DNA of 64,000 nucleotides from Akkermansiaceae bacterium (GTDB lineage: Bacteria; Verrucomicrobiota; Verrucomicrobiia; Verrucomicrobiales; Akkermansiaceae), in contig JBPOGF010000003.1 in NCBI GenBank assembly GCA_051251915.1, forward strand, positions 128,001-192,000, in the 5' to 3' direction. The notes beneath the pieces are model-generated. The model was not told the origin of the DNA. It did not search any database and saw only the letters and a list, made by a program, of their open reading frames with translations. Below are positions 15,433 to 24,779 of this stretch, piece by piece. Position 1 is the stretch's first letter. Each line of letters begins with the position of its first letter. The position numbers were made by a program, and so were the translations under genes.

Positions 15433-17700
15433 TTAGTCGAGTATGTCGTTGATGAAGTTATTTTTCAGTAATAGTTCTCTGGCTGACCAGCCATCTAGTG
15501 GGGCGTCGCTGTCGTAGCGAGAGAAGGAGGAGCTGTAACTTCTGTTGTAGGGGACGTCTTTGTATTGCTGGTCGCTTAGTTTTGTTTTGGTGAAGCCTAG
15601 GTCGGTGAGTGGGCTGAGCTGGAGTGGAGATGGGGGGAAGTTCTGGGCTTGTTTCCAGTAGGTTTTGAATAGGTGTGGGCTGGGCATGTAGTCTGCTTTG
15701 CGGTGGTAGGCGGCTATTTGGAATAGTTGTTTGTTGAGGGCTTGGGATTGGTTAAATCTGGTGGGGTCTTTGGTGATGAGTTTCTGGAGGCGGGATGCTG
15801 CGTTGTAGTAGTGTGGGTCTAGCTGGATGGCTTTTTGGTAGGCGGTGATGGCTTCTGGTTGTTTGTTCATTTCTTCGAAGAGGAGGCCTAGGAGGTAGGG
15901 GGTGCGTGGGTTTTCTGGTTCTTTTTCTAGGAATGCTTGGAGGGTGGGGAGTGCGAGGTTGCGGACGCGTTCATCGTCAAATAGGCCTTCGCAGCCGAAG
16001 CAGTGGCTTTCTTTGGGGCCGAAGCTTACGGGCATGAGCTCGAAGGCTTTTTTGAAGTGGGGGATGGCTTCTTGGAATTTTCCGGCTTCCATGAGGGTTT
16101 TGGCGAGTCGGGACTGGAGGCAGTAGGCGTCGTTGAAGTGTCCGAGGGCTTTTTTGTATCTGTCTGTGGCTTCTTGGATGAGGCCTGCGTGGAGGTAGTC
16201 ATCTGCGGCTTCTCCTTGGCGGATGGAGATGACGACTTGGTGGAGGAAGTTGGCTTTTTCTGTGTTGCCTTGTTTTTCTAGGATGCGGGCGAAGACGTCA
16301 TAGCAGTGCATGCGGATGAATTTTCCGTGGTCGCCGTCTGAGGGGTCTAGTGCGATGGCTTGCTGGATGAGTTTGTCTGCGAGGTTGATTTTGCCATCAG
16401 CGAGTGCCATTTCTGCTTGCCAGATGAGTGGGCGTTCTTCGAAGGGGTCGTATGTATGGATTGAGGCGATGAGGGTGGCGGCGGCTTGTGGGCGGAGTGC
16501 GATGACGTGTTTGTAGTAGACGTCTGTGCCTTGGTTTCTGGCGAGGAGGTGGGAGGAGATTTGGTAGGCTTTGGTTTTGCTTTCTGGGGTGTTTTGCTTG
16601 GTGAGGAGGTCTATGTAGAGGGAGCCGATGGATGGGTTGTCGGCAGCTTGGCCGTGTAGGGTTTGGAAGAATTGGCGTGGGTCTGCTTGGTGTTTTTTGT
16701 GTAGGGTGTTGATTTCTTCTTCGAATTGGTCGGTTTTGCCTAGTTTGTGGAGGGCGGTGAGGCGGTAGTGGAGTAGGGAGTCATGATCTGATGGGAGGAT
16801 GATGTGTTGTTTTTGTGATGGTTTGGTGTTTTGGACTTTGGTGCAGAGGTCGAGTAGGCGTTGGTATTGTTTGTGATGGAGGAGGTAATCTAGTGCGTCT
16901 TGATCTGAGTATGTGTGGAAGTAGTTGCTGTTTTTTTTGCGGGCGATGATGTTTGCTTCATGCATGGTCATGGCTTGCTCACCGAGGTCTGGTTTGTGGA
17001 GGAGGTGGGCGATGGTGGCGAGCTTGGAGATGAGTTCTGCTTGGTCGTCATTATCTGCGTTTTGGATGGCGTTTTTTAGTTGTTCGATGCCTTTAACGAT
17101 GTCGTTTTTGGCGAGAGCTTGGGCCCAGGCGGGTTTGTCTGCTGAGCTGTGACTGTGGTGAGGGTCGCCCAAGTTGGTCATTTTATCGTTGAACCATTTG
17201 ATACTGTTTTCTTGGTCTTTGCTGATGAGTAATAGGTGGCCGAGAATTTCTCCGTAGTTGTAGAGCGGCATTTGAGCTTCATCTTTTAAGAGTGAGCGCA
17301 TGGTTGGCTCTGCGTTTGTTTCATCTTGAGCTAGGAGGATGGAGAAGAGTTGGAGTTTGAGTCTCTCTTGGTATGCGGAGCTGTGCTGAAAGCGGCGGTT
17401 GTCGTTTTTAATGAAGGCGCTGTAGGAGTCGGCATCTTTGGTTACTTCGTTGAGCTTGGTGATGATGGCTGGCCATTGGTCTTGGGGTGGGAGTTCGGTG
17501 TATAGGGTGGCGTGTTTGTTGGTTGTGACGTCTCCGGTGGTGAGGTCGAGTTGGAGGCGGTCTAGCCATTCTTGGGCGGTCTTGGCGGGTTGCATGTTTT
17601 GGCGCTGTGAGACGATGATATCGTCTGCGCTTTGTTTGCTACAGGAGGTGAGGGAGAGGAGGGCTGAGGCTAGTATGAGGGGGAAGCAGAGTTTAGACAT
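15433..17700 (-). CDS. TPR-repeat lipoprotein
   Basis: Lipobox LLSLTSC after ATG 17700; multiple TPRs in the C-terminal half; HCFGCE motif. Confidence 0.75.
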   Translation of the reverse strand: MSKLCFPLILASALLSLTSCSKQSADDIIVSQRQNMQPAKTAQEWLDRLQLDLTTGDVTTNKHATLYTELPPQDQWPAIITKLNEVTKDADSYSAFIKNDNRRFQHSSAYQERLKLQLFSILLAQDETNAEPTMRSLLKDEAQMPLYNYGEILGHLLLISKDQENSIKWFNDKMTNLGDPHHSHSSADKPAWAQALAKNDIVKGIEQLKNAIQNADNDDQAELISKLATIAHLLHKPDLGEQAMTMHEANIIARKKNSNYFHTYSDQDALDYLLHHKQYQRLLDLCTKVQNTKPSQKQHIILPSDHDSLLHYRLTALHKLGKTDQFEEEINTLHKKHQADPRQFFQTLHGQAADNPSIGSLYIDLLTKQNTPESKTKAYQISSHLLARNQGTDVYYKHVIALRPQAAATLIASIHTYDPFEERPLIWQAEMALADGKINLADKLIQQAIALDPSDGDHGKFIRMHCYDVFARILEKQGNTEKANFLHQVVISIRQGEAADDYLHAGLIQEATDRYKKALGHFNDAYCLQSRLAKTLMEAGKFQEAIPHFKKAFELMPVSFGPKESHCFGCEGLFDDERVRNLALPTLQAFLEKEPENPRTPYLLGLLFEEMNKQPEAITAYQKAIQLDPHYYNAASRLQKLITKDPTRFNQSQALNKQLFQIAAYHRKADYMPSPHLFKTYWKQAQNFPPSPLQLSPLTDLGFTKTKLSDQQYKDVPYNRSYSSSFSRYDSDAPLDGWSARELLLKNNFINDILD

Positions 17701-18085
17701 AGATATATTGATATCAGTCGCTTCGAGGGGGACAAGGTAATATTTAGCAATCAAGGGGCTCTAAATGGACTAATACTACACTGCAAAACAAAAGAGACGG
17801 TAATGATTTATGAAGGATGGGGATGTCTGTGCTACGCGATAAGATGAAGAGCTGGGTGTAGCGTATAAAACTTGCGTTGTTCTTCAGTCAGGATGCTCGC
17901 ATCACTCCTTGATTTAATAGAGGTCCACTCTGGCTATCGACTCGTATGTGTCACAGAATGGTAGAAGGTAGAGTGGGCTGACGGTGGTTTTTTTTAGGGG
18001 GCGGTTTCAATGTGGTGATTGTTTTGTGAGATGTATGATATATTATTTGCTAGTCTGGGTGAGTATGGTGTAGGTTGTGTGGACT

Positions 18086-18862
18086 ATGAAACACTTATTG
18101 ATCACTTTACTTTTTTCTACCTCGGTTGTTGTTGCACAGGATGTTGATATGAAACCGGCTGAGGGTGCGGTGTCTCTTTTTGATGGGGAGTCTCTGGTGA
18201 ACTGGAAGCCTGCTAAGGGTGATGAGGGGTTTTGGTCAGTGAAGGATGGGGCGATAGCAGGGGGGGATATGGCGAAGGCGGTGCCGCGTAATGTGTGGCT
18301 TATTTCTGATAAGAGTTATGAGAATTTTGAGCTGAGTTTCTCTGTGAAGTTTACGGATGGTGGTGGGCCTGGGCTGAAGAATTCTGGGGTTCAGGTTAGG
18401 AGCTTAGCGATGGGGAAGCATGTGTGTGGTTACCAGATAGATGCTGGGCCAACGCATGATAAGACGGTGATCAATGGTGGTCTGGGCTACTGGGGGAACA
18501 TCTGGGATGAGTACCGTAGGGGGGCGCTTGTGACTGCGATGAATCAGGATAAGTTGATGGAGAGTGTGAAGCAGTATGATGGGTGGAATGAGTATAAGGT
18601 GGTGTGTGAGGGGCCGAGCATCAAGACGTGGATTAACGGGATACTGGCGCATGATTATACTGAGAAGAATCCGAAGATAGCTGCTGATGGAATCATTGCT
18701 CTACAGGCGCACAAGGGAGGTAAGTTTTTGGTGCATTTTAAGGATGTGAGGATAAAGGAGCTAGCGGGGACTGAGGGGTCTCCTAAGTGGGGTGATGAGG
18801 GAGTGATAAAGGGGCCGGTGAAGAAGGCGAGGAAGCCAAAGAAGGCGCCTAAGAAGAAGTAG
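18086..18862 (+). CDS. DUF1080 / 3-keto-disaccharide hydrolase family protein
   Basis: SLFDGESL..W, YENFEL, NSGVQVRS, GYQID, WNEY, GIIALQAH, FKDVRIKEL. Confidence 0.85.
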   Translation: MKHLLITLLFSTSVVVAQDVDMKPAEGAVSLFDGESLVNWKPAKGDEGFWSVKDGAIAGGDMAKAVPRNVWLISDKSYENFELSFSVKFTDGGGPGLKNSGVQVRSLAMGKHVCGYQIDAGPTHDKTVINGGLGYWGNIWDEYRRGALVTAMNQDKLMESVKQYDGWNEYKVVCEGPSIKTWINGILAHDYTEKNPKIAADGIIALQAHKGGKFLVHFKDVRIKELAGTEGSPKWGDEGVIKGPVKKARKPKKAPKKK

Positions 18863-18929
18863 TAGTTAGCTGGAGTTTATGAGTGTAGGTGGCTTGGCGA
18901 TTATGGTGTGCAGGCATCATTTTGGGTGC

Positions 18930-19075
18930 AGTTGGATCTGACGGAGCCTACTGCTACTCCGATTAAATATGTTTATGATCCTGATCATCTTTTTGGTGAT
19001 CATTAGGCTTGTAGATGCTTTGAATGCATCTCCGGCACCTGAGCCTAGTTCAGTGGCTTTATTGGGGGGTGATAT
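18930..19075 (+). pseudogene. Remnant of a PEP-CTERM protein 3' end
   Basis: In-frame ...DALNASPAPEPSSVALLGG (PEP at 19038-19046), without the full TM helix or the basic tail and without an intact upstream ORF. Confidence 0.5.
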
Positions 19076-19145
19076 GATTGTGATTACTGAAAAATATGAC
19101 GGGAATTAGGTTGGTGTTAAGTGGTTTATCCTGTATGACAGGGGG

Positions 19146-19505
19146 ATGAATTTTTACACACGGAAGTGGATAAAGCCTGAGGATCTTAATGCGCATAATA
19201 CGTTGTTTGGTGGACGGTTGCTGGCTTGGATCGATGAGGAGGCAGCTATTTATGCGATGTGTCAGGTAGGGGCGAAGAATATGGTGACGAAGTTTGTGTC
19301 AGAGATTAATTTTGTGAGTTCTGCTAGGCATGGTGATGTGATTGAGATTGGGTTTGAGGTGGTTTCATTTGGGTCTAGTTCGGTGACGATGAAGAGTATT
19401 ACGCGTAATAAGAATACGAAGCAGATTATTTTATCGATTGAGAAGATTGTTTTTGTGCTGCTGGATGATGAGGGTAAGCCGGTGCCTCATGGGAAGAAGA
19501 AGTAA
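19146..19505 (+). CDS. Acyl-CoA thioesterase (hotdog fold)
   Basis: KPEDLNAHNTLFGGRLLAWIDEEAA...VFVLLDDEGKPVPH. Confidence 0.88.
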   Translation: MNFYTRKWIKPEDLNAHNTLFGGRLLAWIDEEAAIYAMCQVGAKNMVTKFVSEINFVSSARHGDVIEIGFEVVSFGSSSVTMKSITRNKNTKQIILSIEKIVFVLLDDEGKPVPHGKKK

Positions 19506-20057
19506 GGGGAAGGGTGAGAGTTTAGTTATGCCACTCCGCAATGCAAAAGAGAGGAATAAAGGTTTCTGAAATTGCAGGGAATGTGATGCTCGGGTTGTAA
19601 AGAAACCGGTTGATTTTCCCCAATGACTGCGTTTTTCCGTAGTTGTGGTGCTTGCATTACTGCTTTGTTGTGCCTTGGTATTCGTCTCTTTTTCATTAAT
19701 GCATGGTTATAGTTTGGGCAGGGTATTGTTTTATAAAAAATATCAATTTAAAATTACTAGTTGACTTTTATTTGTAATTAAGTAATTATTTTGACAATGC
19801 AAGTTATCACATGATGGCTTTCATTAGAACATTATAAAAATAAACTGATGTTGCTTATTTAGGATTATCCTAGATAGCACACAATATCTGAAAAAATGAC
19901 ATCTTCAACAATGCTAAACTATCTTCCAGCACATCTAATGTGCTCCTGCTGTAAGGGGCAGATGGTAGGTATGCAGGATTTTAAGAAGGTGATTAGATTT
20001 CCTCCCCTAGATAATATTTTCCTCCCCATATAATATATTCCCCGATATAATATATAG

Positions 20058-20092
20058 AAAGTAACCATTCTCTGTAATGGTTACTTTTTTTT
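20058..20092. terminator. Bidirectional intrinsic terminator
   Basis: AAAGTAACCATT-CTCTGT-AATGGTTACTTT followed by a T-run. Confidence 0.65.
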
Positions 20093-20160
20093 GGTTTTGT
20101 AAGTTAGATGATTTTTGTTTTTTAGGGTGTTGTGGTGGTATTGTAGAGGTAGCGGGGTGG

Positions 20161-23100
20161 TTAGGGGGAGCCGTGGTAGGTTTTGATGGTGTGGTCTGCG
20201 TGGTAGGTTTTGGTGGCGTTTTGTTTGATGGTTTCCCAGGTTTTGATGGTGGTGGCTGGTAGGGCGTCTCGGCGTTGGGACATGTGGTCTTTGGTTTTGC
20301 GGATGTATTTGTAGGCGGTTTCGTAGGCTAGTTGGCGGTCGGATTTGCCTTCGTTGATGTTGGGGGCTGCGGGGTTGTTTCTTTCCCAGAGGAGTTGGCA
20401 GGCGCGGTTGAGGGCTGGGGCTGAGTGTTGGAGGCTGAAGAAGGTGGTGACCCAGTTGTGTGTGTAGGTGGAGATGGCGAGGTCTGTTTTGTTTTGTTTG
20501 TCGTACGCGAGGGCGAGGAGTTGTTGGATTTCTTGGTTGTGGGTTTTGATGCTGAGGGGGTAGCTGAGGTAGGCTAGGGAGTTGGTTTCTATGGCGGGCC
20601 AGTTTTGTTCTTTGGCTTGTGTGAGTAGCTGGATGAGGTGGTAGTGGGCGGTGGCGCGTGGTGCGGGTGGGGTGTAGGGGTTTTCTAGGATGTTAGAGAG
20701 TTGTTGTTGGGCTTGGGTGGTTTGTTTTGGAGTAGGGTTGGGGGTGTTGGTGAGCTGGATGGCTAGGCCGAGTTGGGCTTCGGTTTTTTTGATGGTGGAG
20801 AGGGAGTTGATGATGGATTGGTAGTAGGTGGTGGCTTCTGCTCGTTGTTGGGGTTGGTTGGCTTTTGAGAGGTGGTTGGCTATTTTTAGGATGGTGAAGT
20901 TGTCTAGGTCTTGGGTGCGGAATTGGTTGATGAGAGTTTGGTAGAGTTGGTTGATTTGGGTGAGGGTTTGTTTTTGAGGCTTGCGTTGTTGAGTGTGTTC
21001 TAGGGTTTGGATTTGGGCGATGATGAGGAGGGCTTGGTGGTAGGCTGAGGGTGTGGTTTTGATGTCCTCGTTGAGGATGCGGAGGATTTCTTGGGTGGTG
21101 AGTTTGTCTTTTCTGAGGTAGTAGAGGTAAGTTTCTAGGGTGGTTTCTATGCCTGGGGTGTTGGGGGTACTGTTGTGGGTGAAGAGGTTTTCTTGGAGTA
21201 GGTGGTGGACGGGGTGTGAGGGGTTTGCCTTTTCTAGGGCGGTGATGGCGGAGGTTAGGATCTGGGTGTGGTAGGGGGATTTGAGGGCGTTGGGGAGGGT
21301 GAGGAACTGGAGGTAGTAGGGGATGGTTTCTGGGAGGCGGTGGTTGGTGAGGCCGTCCCAGAGGGGTTTGCCTAGGAGGTTGATGATGAGGTAGTAGGCT
21401 TCGTCTCGGGCGGCGGTGTTGCCGTTGTCTGTGGCTAGCTGGATAGCTTGCTGGTAGTGGGTGACGGCGGTGTCGTAGTTGCCGAGGGTGAGGTGGGTGT
21501 TGCCGAGGAGGATGGCGGCTGAGGGTGAGATTTGGCTGTTGGTGAAATTTTGTCTATCGAAGGGGTCTGCGAATGGGATGTCTAGGGTGAAGGGGAGGAG
21601 GGTGAGAATGGAGGAGTGTGGTTGGAGTTGTGAGTATTGGGCGAATGCTATGTCGTAGTAAGCAAAGGGGGTGAAGTTGGAGAGTTTGGGGTGGCTGTGG
21701 TGGGAGATGAAATTTCTGAGGAGGGGGATGGATTTGTCCCAGTGGAGGAGCTGGTTCTGCACGGCGGCGGTGAGGTAGGCGGCGTCTGTGTGGTAGGGGT
21801 TGTCTGGTGTGGGTGGGTAGGTGGCTTGGTGCTGGGCGAGGAGGGTGGCGGCGGTCGAGAAGTGTCCTAGGTAGTAGTGGGAGGCGGCGCGGATGAAGCT
21901 GGCGGTTAGGCGGAGGTTGGGGATGGAGGTGTCAGATGGGGAGGGGGTGATGGTTATGTCTTGTGCGAGGGTGAGGGATTGTTGGTATTTCTGGGTGTGG
22001 TAGAGGGTGTTGAGCAGGATGATGCGGATGGGGTTACGGAGTCGGTGGGTGGGGTATTTTTCTAGGAATTGGTCGGCGCGGGTGATGGCGATGTCTGTGG
22101 CTCCGGACTGGGCGGCGAGGCGGGTGAAGTTGTAGAGGTTTTCTGGCTGATTGGGGGTGTCTGGGTAGGTTTCTAGGAGGATGGTGTAGAGGGTGAGGGC
22201 TTTTTGGAGATTGGTTGTGTTTGGGGAGTGCTGGAGGGCAATGGCGCGGGCTTGGATGGCGATGGCGATGGTGTTTTTTTGGGCTTGGTTGGCTTGGGTA
22301 GGTTGGTTTGGCTGGATGTGTTTTGGGTCTGGGTTTTGTAGGGTGGTGATATCTAGTGCGGTGGCGTGCTGGTAGATGCCGGGGATGAGGGTGGTGAGGT
22401 GGAGGGAGGTTAGGGGTAAGTTTTTCTGGGCGGTTTGTAGGATGAGTTTGCTGAGGTGGGGGAGGAGGGTGTTGTAGGTGTCTTTGGTGAGGGTGAGGTT
22501 GTCTGGGCTGGTGGTGAGGGTGCGCTGGATGGTGGAGGGGATGAGGGTGTCATCGCTGGTGCTGGTAGCGATGTCTGTGAGGGTGCTGAGGGCGGTGAGG
22601 ATGGCGCGTGGGCTGGGGGTGTTTCTGCCGGTGTAGAGGAGGGCTTTCTGGATGAGGGTGATGGCTTCTTTGGTGTCGTTTTGGGCTTGTTCTGGTGACT
22701 GATCAGTGGTGGATTTTTTCCAGAGGCAGATGGCTAGGTTGATGTTGAACTCGCTGAGGTGGTAGGGGTCGAGGGCGCTGCTTCGCTCGTGGAGGAAGAG
22801 TTTGTATGAGTCGATGGCGAGTTGGTATTTGCCTAGGGATTGGTGGGCGTTGCCTCGGAGGAGGAGGGATTTTACGCGGTAGGTGTTACCATTGTCGTTT
22901 GGGGGGTTAACGGCGAAGCATTGATTGAATGACTTGATTGCTTCTAGGAAGAGTTGGGTGGCGGCTAGCTTTTGCTTGGGGTCATTTTGTTTTTGTTTGT
23001 TTTGGGCTATTTTGAGTTGGCAGAGTCCTTTGTAGTAGTAGGTGGTGGCGAATCTTGCGCCGTGTTTTTTGAGGCCGGTGGTTTTGTTTTGTTCAATGAG

Positions 23101-23292
23101 TGGGGTGAGGAGGTCGAGGGATTGTTGCCATTTTTGCTGTTCCATTAGGGCGATGGATTGCTGGATGATGCGGGTGTGAGGGTCGGAGGAAGGAGTGGTG
23201 GCATCCTGGGCGAGGGAGAAATTTCCTAGCAGGATTACTAGCAGGTGGAGCGAGAGGAGGAGAGGTTTGATGATGTGGCTGAGGGGCGTCAT
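20161..23292 (-). CDS. Large secreted TPR-repeat protein
   Basis: Signal peptide after ATG 23292 (MTPLSHIIKPLLLSLHLLVILLGNFSLAQ); many TPR-like helices (YYYKGLCQLK, LLRGNAHQSLGKY). Confidence 0.7.
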   Translation of the reverse strand: MTPLSHIIKPLLLSLHLLVILLGNFSLAQDATTPSSDPHTRIIQQSIALMEQQKWQQSLDLLTPLIEQNKTTGLKKHGARFATTYYYKGLCQLKIAQNKQKQNDPKQKLAATQLFLEAIKSFNQCFAVNPPNDNGNTYRVKSLLLRGNAHQSLGKYQLAIDSYKLFLHERSSALDPYHLSEFNINLAICLWKKSTTDQSPEQAQNDTKEAITLIQKALLYTGRNTPSPRAILTALSTLTDIATSTSDDTLIPSTIQRTLTTSPDNLTLTKDTYNTLLPHLSKLILQTAQKNLPLTSLHLTTLIPGIYQHATALDITTLQNPDPKHIQPNQPTQANQAQKNTIAIAIQARAIALQHSPNTTNLQKALTLYTILLETYPDTPNQPENLYNFTRLAAQSGATDIAITRADQFLEKYPTHRLRNPIRIILLNTLYHTQKYQQSLTLAQDITITPSPSDTSIPNLRLTASFIRAASHYYLGHFSTAATLLAQHQATYPPTPDNPYHTDAAYLTAAVQNQLLHWDKSIPLLRNFISHHSHPKLSNFTPFAYYDIAFAQYSQLQPHSSILTLLPFTLDIPFADPFDRQNFTNSQISPSAAILLGNTHLTLGNYDTAVTHYQQAIQLATDNGNTAARDEAYYLIINLLGKPLWDGLTNHRLPETIPYYLQFLTLPNALKSPYHTQILTSAITALEKANPSHPVHHLLQENLFTHNSTPNTPGIETTLETYLYYLRKDKLTTQEILRILNEDIKTTPSAYHQALLIIAQIQTLEHTQQRKPQKQTLTQINQLYQTLINQFRTQDLDNFTILKIANHLSKANQPQQRAEATTYYQSIINSLSTIKKTEAQLGLAIQLTNTPNPTPKQTTQAQQQLSNILENPYTPPAPRATAHYHLIQLLTQAKEQNWPAIETNSLAYLSYPLSIKTHNQEIQQLLALAYDKQNKTDLAISTYTHNWVTTFFSLQHSAPALNRACQLLWERNNPAAPNINEGKSDRQLAYETAYKYIRKTKDHMSQRRDALPATTIKTWETIKQNATKTYHADHTIKTYHGSP

Positions 23293-23448
23293 GTGGTGTT
23301 TAAACGATGCTGTGTGATGAAAAATTAGCCTGATTAGGGAGAGAATGCAATGAGGTATGTTATTTGTTGAGGCTGGGGCGTTTATGGGGAAAGCGATTGG
23401 AATGTTCATTTTTATTTGAACGCTGATGGGTTTTAGGATACTAATTTT

Positions 23449-23943
23449 ATGATGTTTGACAGTAAAGAAACTGATACTACTGGGGGTAATGTGGAGTTGG
23501 AGGGGATGGTGCGCGAGTTTTTTGCGGATGCGGTGAAGGTGTTGGGGTTGCCTAAGAGTGTGGGTGAGATTTATGGTACTTTATTTATAAGCAAGGTTCC
23601 TTTATCGTTGGATGATCTGGTGGTGAGGCTGGGGATGAGTAAGGGGAGTGGTAGTCAGGGGTTGAAGATGTTGCGGACTTTGGGGGCTGTGAGTGAGGTG
23701 GAGGGAATTGAGGGAAGGAAGGTTTTTTATGAGGCAGATGTGGAGTTGAAGAGTCTGGTGGGAGGGTTTATTAGGGAGGAGATACGGCCGCATTTGACGA
23801 GTGCAAAGATGAAGATTCAAAAGATGGATGCGTGTAATGTGAGTGAGGATGAGCATTACGATGAAAGGATAAAGAAACTGGGGAGATGGCGGAAGAGGGC
23901 TGGTTTGTTGTTGCCTATTTTACAAAAAATCCTTGGGAAGTGA
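23449..23943 (+). CDS. GbsR/MarR family transcriptional regulator
   Basis: LGLPKSVGEIYGTLFISKVPLSLDDLVVRLGMSKGSGSQGLKMLRTLGAV winged HTH. Confidence 0.82.
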   Translation: MMFDSKETDTTGGNVELEGMVREFFADAVKVLGLPKSVGEIYGTLFISKVPLSLDDLVVRLGMSKGSGSQGLKMLRTLGAVSEVEGIEGRKVFYEADVELKSLVGGFIREEIRPHLTSAKMKIQKMDACNVSEDEHYDERIKKLGRWRKRAGLLLPILQKILGK

Positions 23944-23948
23944 ACTAA

Positions 23949-24488
23949 ATGATGTTGGATAAAGTAGAAAACGATAAGTGGTATGTGGTGCGAGCGCAGC
24001 CGAAGCGTGAGCATATATCAGCTAAATATATACGGAAGGAGTTAGGCTTGGAGGTGGTGGCGCCGCAGATCCGGTATACGAAGGTGACGCGTAGGGGTAA
24101 GGTTTTGTGGAAGGAGGCGATGTTTCCGGGGTATTTGTTTGTGAAGTTTGATAGGGATGTGGATGAGAGGGGGGTGTGTTATGCGCCTGGGGTGCTGAAG
24201 TTGGTGAGGTTTGGGGATTATGTGCCTGATATTGGGGAGGAGTTTGTGCTTAGTTTGAGGGATATTGTAGGAGATGAAGAGGTGTTGGATCTGCAGCATG
24301 GGGTTGAGCTTGGTCAGGAGTATGAGGTGGCGGGTGGTGCGTTGAAGGGGAGTGTGGGTGAGGTGGTAGAGGTGCTTCCTGGGGGGCAGCGTGCTCTGCT
24401 TTTGATGGAAATGATAGGTGGGGAACGGGTGATAGAGGTGGATGTCTACTCGCTGTTATTACCGAGTCGGCCTGATCTTAATCATTAG
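23949..24488 (+). CDS. NusG/RfaH-family transcription antiterminator
   Basis: WYVVRAQPKREH, EAMFPGYLFVKFD, PGVLKLVRFG, KOW-like VAGGALKG; located at the head of a glycan operon. Confidence 0.88.
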   Translation: MMLDKVENDKWYVVRAQPKREHISAKYIRKELGLEVVAPQIRYTKVTRRGKVLWKEAMFPGYLFVKFDRDVDERGVCYAPGVLKLVRFGDYVPDIGEEFVLSLRDIVGDEEVLDLQHGVELGQEYEVAGGALKGSVGEVVEVLPGGQRALLLMEMIGGERVIEVDVYSLLLPSRPDLNH

Positions 24489-24736
24489 AAATTAAGCTAA
24501 TGATTAAGATTTCTTAAATAAGCTTGAGTTGTGATGATCATTATTTTATATAGCTTTCAAGGTAGCAAGTTAAGAACTCTTAATTATTGATAGGGTTTCT
24601 ATAATATAGTTCATTTTTTATTGAACTAAAATAGAAATCTGATGTCTTAGCAGGCAAGGGCAATTTCGTAATGGCGAAATTTCAGCAAATATTTTGTATA
24701 GATTGTAAGGTTTCTTCCGAGGTAAGGGAGTTCGAC

Positions 24737-24752
24737 CAAGGGCGGTAGCGTA
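24737..24752 (+). promoter_or_regulatory. ops / JUMPstart-like element
   Basis: CAAGGGCGGTAGCGTA matches ops GGCGGTAGnnT; it ends 27 nt before the ugd ATG, and no SD is apparent. Confidence 0.8.
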
Positions 24753-24779
24753 AATAGAATTTAAATCAATTATTTAAAG

